Shown here one piece after another: positions 50,941-60,926 of a stretch of 64,000 nt of DNA; the stretch's first letter is position 1, and the number at the start of each line of letters is the position of its first letter. The position numbers were made by a program, and so were the translations under genes. Below the pieces are notes generated by a model. That model made no database searches. It had not been told where the DNA came from and saw only the letters and a list, made by a program, of their open reading frames with translations. The DNA comes from an uncultured bacterium (GTDB taxonomy: Bacteria > Hydrothermota > UBA3072 > B12-G15), in the NCBI GenBank assembly GCA_964596115.1, contig CAZQRW010000001.1, positions 9,114 through 73,113 on the forward strand, written 5' to 3'.

Positions 50941-51486
50941 ATGTTATTACCAAAAAGGGTTTTTCTGACAAAAGGAGTGGGTGTAGAGAAAGAGAAACTT
51001 GCCTCCCTTGAGGGCGCCTTGAGGGATGCCGATATAGCAGGATATAATCTTGTAAAAGTCTCCAGTATCTTTCCTCCACACTGCCAATTAATTCAAAAAG
51101 AAGAGGGTCTCAAGCTTCTCAAGAAGGGTCAGATCGTTTTTACTATAATGGCTGAGAATGCAACAAATGAGCCCGAACGCCTGATATCTGCTTCTGTAGG
51201 GCTTGCAATCCCACGTGATCCTGATCAGTATGGTTATCTCTCTGAACATTATGCATTTGGTGAAACTGCCTCTAAATCAGGTGAATATGCAGAGGACCTT
51301 GCTGCCAGCATGCTTGCAACTATCCTTGGGGTTGATTTTAATCCAGATGCTAACTGGGATGAAAAAAGAGAAATCTGGAAAATAAGCGGAAAGATATATA
51401 CGACTACGAATATTACTGCTACTGCAAAGGGCGATCCTAAAAAAAGGTGGACAACAGCAGTAGCTGCGGCTGTATTTGTACTATGA
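50941..51486 (+). CDS. pdaD: Pyruvoyl-dependent arginine decarboxylase PdaD.
   Basis: N-terminal PKRVFLTKGVGV and the self-cleavage Ser-Ser site in NLVKVSSIFPP. 181 aa. Confidence 0.8.
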   Translation: MLLPKRVFLTKGVGVEKEKLASLEGALRDADIAGYNLVKVSSIFPPHCQLIQKEEGLKLLKKGQIVFTIMAENATNEPERLISASVGLAIPRDPDQYGYLSEHYAFGETASKSGEYAEDLAASMLATILGVDFNPDANWDEKREIWKISGKIYTTTNITATAKGDPKKRWTTAVAAAVFVL

Positions 51487-52286
51487 GAACATTTCTTGAT
51501 CTACATCCAAATTATTCTAAATCGAGATATACCATTTTACCTGTCCCATTTGATGGAACGACCTCCTTTCTTCCGGGAACAAGATTTGGTCCTGACTATC
51601 TACTCCTTGCCTCTACCGGTCTTGAGGAGTTTGACCTAAATACATTAACATACATTCCTGAAGATATCTATACCCATCAGATTGTGGAAATGCCGTCTTT
51701 GCCTGAGAAGGTAATAGATTTTGTTGAAAAATCTATATATAAGGATATAAAGAAAGATAAATTCCCTGTAGTAATAGGGGGTGAACATACAATAACCTTT
51801 GGGGCAATAAAAGCAATAAATAAAAAGGTTGATTTTACATTAATATCTATTGATGCACATTTTGATTTACGAGATAAGTATGGAGGAACAAAACTAAATC
51901 ATGCTACAATTATGAGGAGAATTTCTGAAATAATTCCTGTAAGATTTATTGGTCAAAGGGTTGCGGATAAGGAGGAAATTGATTATCTTAGTACAAATAA
52001 ATATGTTGGTAGAGGTATTGAGGGAATTGAGACAGATAATGTATATATTTCTATTGATCTGGATGTGTTCGATCCCTCAGTAGAACCTGCAGTTAGCAAT
52101 CCGGAAGTGAATGGGTTATTTTGGGGTGATATAATGAAAATGCTGAACGAGATCTATGACAGGTTTAATGTTGTAGGATTTGATATTGTTGAGCTGCAAC
52201 CAATTGGCAACCCTTTTTTTGGAAATGTAGTTGCAGCGAACTTATTAAAAAATATGATAATTTTGAAGGAAAAAGAGAGGAGGTAG
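51483..52286 (+). CDS. speB: Agmatinase (arginase/ureohydrolase family). The likely start is the ATG at 51483 (MRTFLDL), overlapping the pdaD stop as ATGA. The track ORF starts at 51447.
   Basis: Mn-binding motifs GGEHTIT, SIDAHFDLRD, SIDLDVFDPS. Confidence 0.85.
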   Translation: MRTFLDLHPNYSKSRYTILPVPFDGTTSFLPGTRFGPDYLLLASTGLEEFDLNTLTYIPEDIYTHQIVEMPSLPEKVIDFVEKSIYKDIKKDKFPVVIGGEHTITFGAIKAINKKVDFTLISIDAHFDLRDKYGGTKLNHATIMRRISEIIPVRFIGQRVADKEEIDYLSTNKYVGRGIEGIETDNVYISIDLDVFDPSVEPAVSNPEVNGLFWGDIMKMLNEIYDRFNVVGFDIVELQPIGNPFFGNVVAANLLKNMIILKEKERR

Positions 52287-52287
52287 A

Positions 52288-52566
52288 ATGCCGATTATTA
52301 AATCAGCAATAAAGAGAAATAGACAAAATGAAAAAAGAAGATTGAGAAATAAATCAGTCAAAACAAGAATAAAGACCGAGACGAAGAAGTTTCTTTCATT
52401 ATTGGGTGATAAAGAGAAAGCTGCGGAACAACTAAAACTCATATATTCACTCTACGACAAAGCCGTTAAAAAGGGTGTCATTCATAAGAACACAGCTTCA
52501 AGAAAAAAATCAAGGCTTGCCAAGATGATTACAACGCAAGGGCAAGAGCAAGCCCAAGAGTCCTGA
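52288..52566 (+). CDS. rpsT: 30S ribosomal protein S20.
   Basis: MPIIKSAIKRNRQNEKRRLRNKS is the canonical S20 N-terminus. 92 aa. Confidence 0.9.
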   Translation: MPIIKSAIKRNRQNEKRRLRNKSVKTRIKTETKKFLSLLGDKEKAAEQLKLIYSLYDKAVKKGVIHKNTASRKKSRLAKMITTQGQEQAQES

Positions 52567-53239
52567 GTGTTCCTCCTTCCTTTAATGCCTTAGCGCAATT
52601 ATCGAAAGTAGCACCAGTAGTTGTAACATCATCGATTAACAGTATGGTGCCTTCAATTTTTTCCTTTAGTCTGAAGGCACTCTCTACATTTTTTAATCTT
52701 TTTAAAGGTGAAAGTCCTGTTTGCGAAGGGGTATTCCTAATTCTTTGAATGGGCTCTATTATGGGGATGCCGACACTTTTTGATAATTCCCTTGAGAGAA
52801 TCAAAGATTGATTATAGCCCCTTTCTCTCAGCTTTACTCTATGCAATGGTACAGGAATAATGTAGTCTATTTTCTCATTTTTATAGTAATTAAGGAATGA
52901 AATATGTAGTAGAGTTGATAATCTCTTTGCAAGAGAAAGCCTGCCTTTGTACTTAAAAAGATAGATAATTTCCTTCATGGGTGATGAAAAAGATGCATAG
53001 GCTCTGATTTTATCAATATATCTCAGGGAGTTTTTACAACTAACATATTCAGAGGGCCTACCTGTTTTCTCGCATAAGGGAGGAATAATTGGGGCTATCT
53101 GAGAGAGGCAATCATTGCATACTACCTTTTCCCTATAGAGCCTTTTTCCACATACCTCACACACTGGAGGATATATAAAATCTATTAGTGGCTTAAATAT
53201 ATTCATAATTGTTGACATTAATGTTAAAAAGTAGACCAA
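52529..53239 (-). CDS. comF: ComF-family protein (phosphoribosyltransferase domain with N-terminal zinc finger).
   Basis: CxxC..CxxC N-terminus. PRTase motif ILLIDDVTTTGATF. Confidence 0.7.
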   Translation of the reverse strand: MVYFLTLMSTIMNIFKPLIDFIYPPVCEVCGKRLYREKVVCNDCLSQIAPIIPPLCEKTGRPSEYVSCKNSLRYIDKIRAYASFSSPMKEIIYLFKYKGRLSLAKRLSTLLHISFLNYYKNEKIDYIIPVPLHRVKLRERGYNQSLILSRELSKSVGIPIIEPIQRIRNTPSQTGLSPLKRLKNVESAFRLKEKIEGTILLIDDVTTTGATFDNCAKALKEGGTLRTLGLALALAL

Positions 53240-54425
53240 CTAATATAAAAGATACAAGTAAAGAACTACCGCCGTATGTTAAGAATGGGAGAGGAATACC
53301 TACCACAGGCAAAATTCCCATTGCCATACCAATATTTATTGTAAATTGGGAAAAGAAATAAAAAAAGATTCCGTACCCCAGATATCTCAAAAATTTACTC
53401 CTTGCTCTGCTTGAAATATAGAGAATTCTGTAAAGAAATAGAAGGTAGGCTATAATTAATAATAGAGAACCGATGAATCCAAATTCCTCTGCAATAACGG
53501 AAAAAATAAAATCTGTATTTTTCATAGGGATAAATCCTAGAGATTTTAGACTGCCATGTAAAAAGCCTTTTCCTATAAATCCACCTGACCCAATGGTGAT
53601 TTTTGATTGAATAATATGCCATCCTACCCCTGTAGGATCTCTATATGGATTTAAGAAAGCAGAAACTCTTGCCTTTTGATATGGCTGCATATAATTCCAT
53701 ATAAGAGGAGTAAAGGCACCAACGAAGAAATTGATAAAAACAACGATTAAGGAATTTTTAAATCTCATTCCAGAAAAATATAATATCAAAAGTAAAGCAA
53801 AAAAGAAAATAATCCAGGAGATTATATGTAAGGATGCAAAAATCCCCAAAATAGGTGAAATAAAGATTAGAAAATGTAAACCAGAGATTGGGGTTACCCA
53901 CAGTAAACCAAGTGCAATTATGATATAAAGAATGGATGTACCGAAGTCAGGTTCCAGGAGTACTAATACGATGGGCAACAGAGAAAGCACGGTGGGGATC
54001 AATACTTCCTTTGAGCTCATTTTTCTAAATTTCATATCAGAAAAAAGACGAGAAACAATGATTATTAAGCCTATTTTGCCAAATTCTGAGGGTTGAAATT
54101 GGAATCCGCCTATATATATCCATCTGTGTATACTATTTTTAAAGAAAAAAACGCTGATGAGAAGGATAATAGAGAAGACATACACAATTAAAGAGTAATT
54201 GAAAACTGACTTCATAGATATAAAAATAGCGAAGAAAAAGAAGGGAAGAGACACTGCAATCCAGAGGAGATGTTTATAAAATATACCTATAGTACCAGGA
54301 CAGTTTGCCGAAAATTGAGCAATAATCCCTACAAAAACAAGAAAAATAAATTCAGAAAGAAGTATATAGTCAAATTTTATTTTTTCTTTCAAGCTGTAAT
54401 AGAAAACTCTTCCACTTGGTCCCAC
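53193..54425 (-). CDS. SEDS-family peptidoglycan glycosyltransferase (RodA/FtsW).
   Basis: Ten TM helices. Conserved C-terminal MAMGILPVVGIPLPFLTYGGSS. Confidence 0.8.
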   Translation of the reverse strand: MGPSGRVFYYSLKEKIKFDYILLSEFIFLVFVGIIAQFSANCPGTIGIFYKHLLWIAVSLPFFFFAIFISMKSVFNYSLIVYVFSIILLISVFFFKNSIHRWIYIGGFQFQPSEFGKIGLIIIVSRLFSDMKFRKMSSKEVLIPTVLSLLPIVLVLLEPDFGTSILYIIIALGLLWVTPISGLHFLIFISPILGIFASLHIISWIIFFFALLLILYFSGMRFKNSLIVVFINFFVGAFTPLIWNYMQPYQKARVSAFLNPYRDPTGVGWHIIQSKITIGSGGFIGKGFLHGSLKSLGFIPMKNTDFIFSVIAEEFGFIGSLLLIIAYLLFLYRILYISSRARSKFLRYLGYGIFFYFFSQFTINIGMAMGILPVVGIPLPFLTYGGSSLLVSFILVGLLFNINVNNYEYI

Positions 54426-54855
54426 CAGTAAAACCTCCTAATTTACCATCCTTCATAATGACCCTGTGACAGGGGATTATTATAGGTACTGGATTTTTGG
54501 AGAGGTATAACCCTACAGCCCTTGGGTGTAGTTTCGTTTTTAAACCAAGAGATGCATAACTTTCTACTTCTCCATATGGTATTTGTCTAACATAGATAAG
54601 AAAATTACTAATAGTCTTTTTTATATTTAGGAAGACAGGGATTTCTTTAAACTCTACTTTTTCACCATTGAAATATCTTATCATCATATTTTTTACCCAT
54701 TCTATTAATGGATAAGGTTTCTCCTTATCGTATACCCCAAGAAGAATTCGATGTATACCTTGCTCATCTCCCTTTATTGTTACAGGACCAAGGGGAGAAT
54801 TAACAGTTTCACTATACAGGGATTTCCCATCTAAGTACATTAAATTTTTCTCCAT
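54370..54855 (-). CDS. ogt: Methylated-DNA--protein-cysteine methyltransferase (Ogt). The start is probably an internal Met (about 54855 or 54840). The track ORF extends to 54969.
   Basis: Active-site PCHRVI...GKLGGFTGG. Confidence 0.7.
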   Translation of the reverse strand: MEKNLMYLDGKSLYSETVNSPLGPVTIKGDEQGIHRILLGVYDKEKPYPLIEWVKNMMIRYFNGEKVEFKEIPVFLNIKKTISNFLIYVRQIPYGEVESYASLGLKTKLHPRAVGLYLSKNPVPIIIPCHRVIMKDGKLGGFTGGTKWKSFLLQLERKNKI

Positions 54856-56323
54856 CAGAATAAATGTAAATGTCATAAATTCCTGTGGGGGGGAGGGGAG
54901 AAGTAAATTGAACATTGTATTTAGCACCTTTAATTTTTCTATTGTCACCGTAAGGGATAATCTGAGCATTTTTTAAAAGAAAAATGGGCGGTTCATTTCC
55001 TTTTCCAAAGGGTTTCATCATTGAAATAAGTCTGAGATTTTCGGCGTTGATATCTTCTTTTTCAATTATTGAATCGTAATGGATCTGTGGTTTATATTTA
55101 GCTATCATTTTATTAGCAATAGAAAGAAAATCTCTCACCCTTTCTTTTTTTAGTTTGAATCCACAAGCGGGCTTATGTCCCCCGTAATTTATGAACATAT
55201 CTTTTGTCTTTTCCAAAACATCCAGAAGATTAAAATCTTCAGGTCCTCTTCCTTCCCCAATTATTTCACCTTGACCATCACTTAATACGAAAATGGGCAT
55301 TCCAGTAAGTTCCCTTGCTTTTGATGCACAGGTGCCGAGAAATTCCTGTTTTATTCCAGGTTTATAAACAGCATAGTATCCCTTTAAAATTTCCGGTTTT
55401 ATATTCTGATAAGTATCCTCTGCCAGTAATTGCCAGGTATTCATTTTTTCATTCAGTTCGGAATATATTTTTTTTGTCTCAGTTAAATCCTTTGAGAGAA
55501 AGAATTGGATAGTTTCCCCCTGCCTTCCTGATAATAAAGGCCTGATAGATTCATCAATCGCTTTTTCCTGTTCAGAAAGAACTATAAAAGCAGGTCTTTG
55601 AGATTTATGAAGGATCTTTATTCCTTCGACTAGTATGATCCTATTCTCATCAATTCGTGGCACTCTATCAGAAACAGTTCCTATCATTGCAAAAACAATT
55701 GAATCCTGGAATGTATTGATAACATTGCTGGAATCAAGTGAAAAAATTTCTTTCATAATGGATAGAAAAAATTTAAAGGCCACTCCTACTCCAGCAAGAT
55801 ATTTAAATCCTATATCTGTAATTTTAGGATTTACTATGTGTGCTTTTGGAAGAGGATACCTTGGTTCATGATGATCCGTAATGATGATGTCAAGACCTAT
55901 ACTTTTAGCAAATTCTACCTCTTCATAGCATGTTATGCCTGTATCGACCGTTATAACAAGATCAACATTTTTATTCCTCAAAGTTTGTAACCCGCTTTTA
56001 TTAAGTCCGTATCCTTCTTCTTGTCTTGATGGAATGATCCAATCAACATTGGCATTTATATTCTTAAGTCCCTCGTATAGCAAAATTGTTGATGTAAAGC
56101 CATCAACATCTTCATCCCCCCAGATAAAAATACTTTTTCCATTTTTTATGTAATTATTTATATATCGTGCTACCTCCATTGACTTTGGCCCAGGTGGTGT
56201 AAGATATTTTATATCAGGATTTATAAATTTATTAAGCGTTTCTTGATCATTAATACCTCTTTTGTTTAGATATTCTTTTATTCCTGTAGAGAGGAAATTA
56301 TACTTTATTTCTTCGACACCCAT
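54812..56323 (-). CDS. recJ: DHH-DHHA1 phosphoesterase, RecJ-like single-stranded-DNA exonuclease.
   Basis: DHH motifs (VDLVITVDTG, ITDHHEP) and DHHA1 GGHKPACG. 503 aa. Confidence 0.7.
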   Translation of the reverse strand: MGVEEIKYNFLSTGIKEYLNKRGINDQETLNKFINPDIKYLTPPGPKSMEVARYINNYIKNGKSIFIWGDEDVDGFTSTILLYEGLKNINANVDWIIPSRQEEGYGLNKSGLQTLRNKNVDLVITVDTGITCYEEVEFAKSIGLDIIITDHHEPRYPLPKAHIVNPKITDIGFKYLAGVGVAFKFFLSIMKEIFSLDSSNVINTFQDSIVFAMIGTVSDRVPRIDENRIILVEGIKILHKSQRPAFIVLSEQEKAIDESIRPLLSGRQGETIQFFLSKDLTETKKIYSELNEKMNTWQLLAEDTYQNIKPEILKGYYAVYKPGIKQEFLGTCASKARELTGMPIFVLSDGQGEIIGEGRGPEDFNLLDVLEKTKDMFINYGGHKPACGFKLKKERVRDFLSIANKMIAKYKPQIHYDSIIEKEDINAENLRLISMMKPFGKGNEPPIFLLKNAQIIPYGDNRKIKGAKYNVQFTSPLPPTGIYDIYIYSDGEKFNVLRWEIPV

Positions 56324-56973
56324 ATTTCCTGAAAATCTTCCTTCTGATCTGCCCTTGCAAATCCCATTCTCAGTAATTCGAGAAGTGCAAAGAATGCGCC
56401 TATCTTTTCTTTATAAGGTGCTTCATTAAAGGACTGGAAGAAATTGAATTCTTCAAATTCTTCAAATTTTTTCTTTAATCTTTCAATAAGCCGCTCAATA
56501 TGCCAGATAATAGACGTGGGTGGCGTAAAACCTTTTGACTTTGTTATACCTTCACCAATAAATTTTATCTCCATTATACTGTGTTTAAATCTATTTTTTT
56601 GCTGGAAGAACGGCCTACCAAACATCCTAAAAGTCCTAAGTTCTTTGTCCTTTAAAAACAAAGCAATATTCCGGTATTTATTGTATATTTTTAATCTACG
56701 AACCAATTCTTTCTTTCCTTCTATCTCGATGTTTTCTGATCTCTCACCCTCTATAAGAGAAGAAGCCTTAATTGAGACGAGTAGTGATGCATATTTTATA
56801 AAGTCGCCAGCAAGGTCAAAATCAACCCTTCTAAGCTCATTGATAAAATCTAAATAGGCTGATGTTATTTTTGAAACAGGAAAATTTTTGATATCAACCT
56901 TTTCTTTTTTAATAAGATAGAGAAGAAGATCCAATGGGCCTTCATACTCTTCGATATCAACACGATAATCCAT
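56305..56973 (-). CDS. scpA: Segregation and condensation protein A (ScpA).
   Basis: N-terminal EEYEGPLDLLLYLIKKEKVDI is characteristic of ScpA. Confidence 0.8.
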   Translation of the reverse strand: MDYRVDIEEYEGPLDLLLYLIKKEKVDIKNFPVSKITSAYLDFINELRRVDFDLAGDFIKYASLLVSIKASSLIEGERSENIEIEGKKELVRRLKIYNKYRNIALFLKDKELRTFRMFGRPFFQQKNRFKHSIMEIKFIGEGITKSKGFTPPTSIIWHIERLIERLKKKFEEFEEFNFFQSFNEAPYKEKIGAFFALLELLRMGFARADQKEDFQEIWVSKK

Positions 56974-56986
56974 TATTTATACCTAG

Positions 56987-57568
56987 TCATTTTAATTCAT
57001 ATATTACTTTTACTACACCTTTTTGCTCTTTTGCAGAATTGAGTGGTATAAATCTCCATTCGCGAACTGCCTGTAGTGCGCTTTCATCGAATTTATATCC
57101 ACCTGTTTTTATAATTCTTGCATTCTTTATATATCCAGTTGAATCTACAACCACCGCAATCCATACTACGCTCCTTTCGTTTTCTCCCTCAGGATATACA
57201 GGTTTAACAAAATTTATTAATTTTCTTTTAGCAATTTCGCCACTTATTTCGAAACCCTCCCTTTTGCCTTCACCTTTCTCAAAAGATTCCCCAATTAACC
57301 CAGGTTTTTTCATTGGTGTAAGTCCCTTTGGTTTTTCCTTTACTGGCACAGTTATTTCTCCCTCTTTTGTGGATATTTCTCCCTTAGGCGCTGAGAAATT
57401 TCCTGTTACACCGCCAGATTCCTGTGTTTTGCTCACTTCAGTGATAAAACCAAGCGTTATAAATTCCTCACTCTTTTTTAGAATATTTATTTTTATGAAG
57501 TAAAACGTGATAATCAAGATCGCGTATATTATGCAGGCTAAAATGAAAGACCTTATCCTTTCTCCCAT
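56987..57568 (-). CDS. tonB: TonB-family energy transducer.
   Basis: N-terminal TM anchor, Pro/Lys/Glu-rich linker, C-terminal TonB_C-like domain. Confidence 0.7.
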   Translation of the reverse strand: MGERIRSFILACIIYAILIITFYFIKINILKKSEEFITLGFITEVSKTQESGGVTGNFSAPKGEISTKEGEITVPVKEKPKGLTPMKKPGLIGESFEKGEGKREGFEISGEIAKRKLINFVKPVYPEGENERSVVWIAVVVDSTGYIKNARIIKTGGYKFDESALQAVREWRFIPLNSAKEQKGVVKVIYELK

Positions 57569-57570
57569 TA

Positions 57571-57960
57571 CTACTCACCTGGGGTTGTTGCAATAACAAA
57601 CTTCTCAGCCCCTGCTTTTTTTAATGCGTCCATTACTTTTACTGTCATATCAATTGTGACATTCCTGTCAGCCCTGATAAGGATAATTTTATTTTTTGCA
57701 CCTTTTACTGTGAACATAAGCTCTTCGAGACTAACAGGTTTATTCTCTAAGAATATAGCTCCTTCCCTCGTTATCGTTACATTTATTCTATTTTCTGAAA
57801 GTGCTTCTTTGGTTGTAGCCCTTGGAAGTCTCACCCTCAATCCAGGTTGAATCACATATGCTGATGTTAAAAGAAAGAAAATAAGAAGCAGGAGAACTAT
57901 ATCTGCCATTGATATTACTGCAAAATCTTTCTTTCTCTTAAAATTACTATTTATAGCCAT
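57571..57960 (-). CDS. exbD: Biopolymer transport protein ExbD/TolR.
   Basis: Single N-terminal TM plus ExbD periplasmic domain, 129 aa. Confidence 0.8.
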   Translation of the reverse strand: MAINSNFKRKKDFAVISMADIVLLLLIFFLLTSAYVIQPGLRVRLPRATTKEALSENRINVTITREGAIFLENKPVSLEELMFTVKGAKNKIILIRADRNVTIDMTVKVMDALKKAGAEKFVIATTPGE

Positions 57961-58553
57961 TATTCTTTCTCCAAATATTCACCTATTTCATCCATAATTA
58001 TATTTATATTAGTGACGACATAATTCTCTCTTTCGACAAAGATATTGTAAAAGATAAGAAATACAATGGCAACGGCAAGACCCGCAGCGGTTGTAATAAG
58101 GGCTTCCCAGATTCCGCCAGCAAGCCTTGATGGATTTACGCTTCCGCCCAGTGCTTCAATCTGCATAAATGCCCTTATCATTCCAACGACAGTACCAAAG
58201 AATCCAAGCATAGGTGAGACAGCAACAACAGAAGATAATGGACCAAGACCCTTCTCAAGGTTACGCACCTCTCCCCTTGCTGCACCTTCCATAGATGCCT
58301 TCGATCTGTTCAGAAGCCCTTTTATCACAATTCTTGCATACGGCGAATCATTCCCTCTTAAGTGATTAATAGCAGCAGTAAAATCACTCTCTTCAAGGTA
58401 AGGTTTTACAGATTTTAAAATTTCATCAATGTCAGTTCTAATATGTCTATAATATATGTATCGCTCAACAGTAATCCATATACCAATAAAGGCCGCAATT
58501 CCAATAAAGATCATTGTATATCCACCCTTTACAAGTAAACTCAGTATGCTCAT
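57960..58553 (-). CDS. exbB: MotA/TolQ/ExbB proton-channel protein.
   Basis: Three TM helices, conserved GLLGTV-like segment (MLGFFGTVVGMIRAF). Confidence 0.8.
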   Translation of the reverse strand: MSILSLLVKGGYTMIFIGIAAFIGIWITVERYIYYRHIRTDIDEILKSVKPYLEESDFTAAINHLRGNDSPYARIVIKGLLNRSKASMEGAARGEVRNLEKGLGPLSSVVAVSPMLGFFGTVVGMIRAFMQIEALGGSVNPSRLAGGIWEALITTAAGLAVAIVFLIFYNIFVERENYVVTNINIIMDEIGEYLEKE

Positions 58554-58572
58554 TTCACCTCCTTATTTTTGT

Positions 58573-60225
58573 TTACCAGGCACCGCCTCCGCCGCCTCCA
58601 CCACCTCCTCCAGAAAATCCACCACCCCCTGAAAACCCACTGGAACTACTGCTTGGGGCAGTCATTGAAGCAGACATTGTTCCCATCATATCACCAATTG
58701 AACTATTGATTGCTGAGACACTAATTATATTCGCGGTTACAATGGGGGAAACATACCAGTCAGGTGCTTGAACAGTGAGACCTTCAAATCTTTCTGCCCA
58801 TTTATCTACAACTCCGAGGGCAATAGCATATGGCAAAAAATCAAAGAAGAGTGTTGGATTCTCTTCAAGCATTAATTTCAACTTTGGTTGTTCAACGCGC
58901 ATAAGAAATTCTCTAAAACCAAGAATTTTCCTTAGAGCCCTGATACCTTTTGGGGTTCTCTTTGGCATTCCTCTACTGAAGATTACAAGAATAATTCCCA
59001 TAATAATAAGCGTGATTGCCCACTTTGGCGAGAACATAAATAAGAAACCTCCTCCAACAAAGAAGAAAATTCCAAAGGATATATAGCCTGCCCTTACCCC
59101 TTCTGGATTTCCATAAAAATAACCATTCTTTGTGAGGATACTATAGAGTGATGATTTTACCTTTTTAACAGTAGGATAAAATTCACCCTTAAGCTCGCTT
59201 AATTTAAACTCGTTGCCAAATTTCATAAGACCATTCAAAAAATCTGCTTCATGTTTTTTAAGGTTACTTGTATCCATTTTTGTAATTGTTATTTTGTAAT
59301 CCTTGTTTTTGAGAAAGAACAAAACCTTTGTTTCTATTTCTTCAATCTTCAGATAGCCTTTTGTAGCGAGATCAAATAATAATGATACAAGATCTTTATT
59401 ATCTGCCCTTTCATCAAGAATTATTCCCTGTTCAGCAGATGTGAGCTCCTTTATTGGCTCATACTGTGTCGCAACGGGACCTACCCTAAATTCTTTTCCT
59501 GAATTCCACCATCTGACAAACATAAAAATAAAGAAAAGGAATGCAATGAAATAAGGAAAATTATTCTTCAATCTAAGAAAGAGAAGGAATGCGCCTGAAG
59601 GTTTAGTAAGAAAACCTTTTGGCAATTTAATATCGATAGTAACCCCAGAACCTGGATATACGTTTCCTGAAATGATTTCTACGCCTCTCTTTGATATTGA
59701 CACAGAACCATTCTTCCCCTTTTCTCCTCTCCTCCCCGTATAGAACTTTACATCGGATGGATTCAACTTCAACTCCTTGTACAGGGTGAGAATTCCATGA
59801 ACTGAATCAATAGCTGCCTCCCATTCATCACCTGTTATATTCCAGTACAACTCATCGTAATTTCTGAAGTATCTGGCAGCAAGGAGAACATTATATTTTA
59901 TTTCGTATTTATGAACCCCTGAAATATAGACGTTTGGGTTTCCTATCTTTAACCTTAAATACTTTCTTCCGTAAGCCCTTCTATATAACTTTCTTACCCT
60001 TATTTTCTCTCCATCCATTTTGATATCATCTATTCTGAAACCAAGCTCAAAATTACCGAACTTTCCGCCGAGATCTATAGGAATATCCCTGAAAATTCCA
60101 TGGTGCCTCTCTTGCCTAAAATCAACTGTAATATTCTCAGTTATTGTTAGGGAACCATCTTTATGTAGATTCATTAATGAATTGAAATCTTTTATATGCC
60201 ACGAGAACAACAATAAGATTATCAT
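58573..60225 (-). CDS. DUF2207-family membrane protein with a C-terminal Ser/Gly-rich tail.
   Basis: N-terminal signal, DUF2207-like extracytoplasmic domain, TM helices, tail SSSSSGFSGGGGFSGGGGGGGGGGAW. Confidence 0.65.
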   Translation of the reverse strand: MIILLLFSWHIKDFNSLMNLHKDGSLTITENITVDFRQERHHGIFRDIPIDLGGKFGNFELGFRIDDIKMDGEKIRVRKLYRRAYGRKYLRLKIGNPNVYISGVHKYEIKYNVLLAARYFRNYDELYWNITGDEWEAAIDSVHGILTLYKELKLNPSDVKFYTGRRGEKGKNGSVSISKRGVEIISGNVYPGSGVTIDIKLPKGFLTKPSGAFLLFLRLKNNFPYFIAFLFFIFMFVRWWNSGKEFRVGPVATQYEPIKELTSAEQGIILDERADNKDLVSLLFDLATKGYLKIEEIETKVLFFLKNKDYKITITKMDTSNLKKHEADFLNGLMKFGNEFKLSELKGEFYPTVKKVKSSLYSILTKNGYFYGNPEGVRAGYISFGIFFFVGGGFLFMFSPKWAITLIIMGIILVIFSRGMPKRTPKGIRALRKILGFREFLMRVEQPKLKLMLEENPTLFFDFLPYAIALGVVDKWAERFEGLTVQAPDWYVSPIVTANIISVSAINSSIGDMMGTMSASMTAPSSSSSGFSGGGGFSGGGGGGGGGGAW

Positions 60226-60776
60226 CAGAATTTTACCTCTGGAACTGCCCTTTCTCTCTCTTCAATTTCAAAGAACTCCCTCTTGTTGAAATTAAAAATC
60301 CTCGCTATGATATTTGAAGGAAAAGATTCTACCTTTATATCAAGTTCTCTTACTACTGCGTTGTAGTATCTCCTTGCATTTTGTATTGCTTCCTCTATCT
60401 GATTCAATGTGTTCTGGAGTTCGAGAAAATTTTGATTTGCCTTGAGCTCAGGATAATTTTCAGCAACAGCGAAAAGTTGTCTTAGTGCAGCAGTTAGTGT
60501 ATTTTCTGCTTTTGCCCTCTCGCCTGGTGATTTAGCAGTAGTGGCTTCTGCCCTTGCCTTTGTCACATTTTCGAATACCTCTCTTTCGTGTTTTGCATAA
60601 CCCTTCACAGTATTTACAATATTGGGTATGAGGTCATATCTTCTTTTCAATTGGACATCCACATCACTCCAGGCGTTATCTGTAAGATTTCTCAATCTTA
60701 TAAATCCGTTGTAGACAGCAATGACCCAGATAATAATTAGTGCGGCAACTATTATAATAATCCATAGTCCTACCAT
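60225..60776 (-). CDS. lemA: LemA-family protein.
   Basis: N-terminal TM plus conserved AVYNGFIRLRNLTDNAWSDVDVQLKRRYDLIPN. Confidence 0.8.
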   Translation of the reverse strand: MVGLWIIIIVAALIIIWVIAVYNGFIRLRNLTDNAWSDVDVQLKRRYDLIPNIVNTVKGYAKHEREVFENVTKARAEATTAKSPGERAKAENTLTAALRQLFAVAENYPELKANQNFLELQNTLNQIEEAIQNARRYYNAVVRELDIKVESFPSNIIARIFNFNKREFFEIEERERAVPEVKF

Positions 60777-60926
60777 ACTCTCCTCCTTGTGAAAGTTGGT
60801 ATTATAATACTGGATTTTTTAAATTTTGACAAGTGTTTTTTTTGCCCACGATTACGGGTATGTATTTTCCTGTTTTAACCCGTTACAATTAAAAAATGCA
60901 GATAACTACAATGTGAATTTTTTTTC

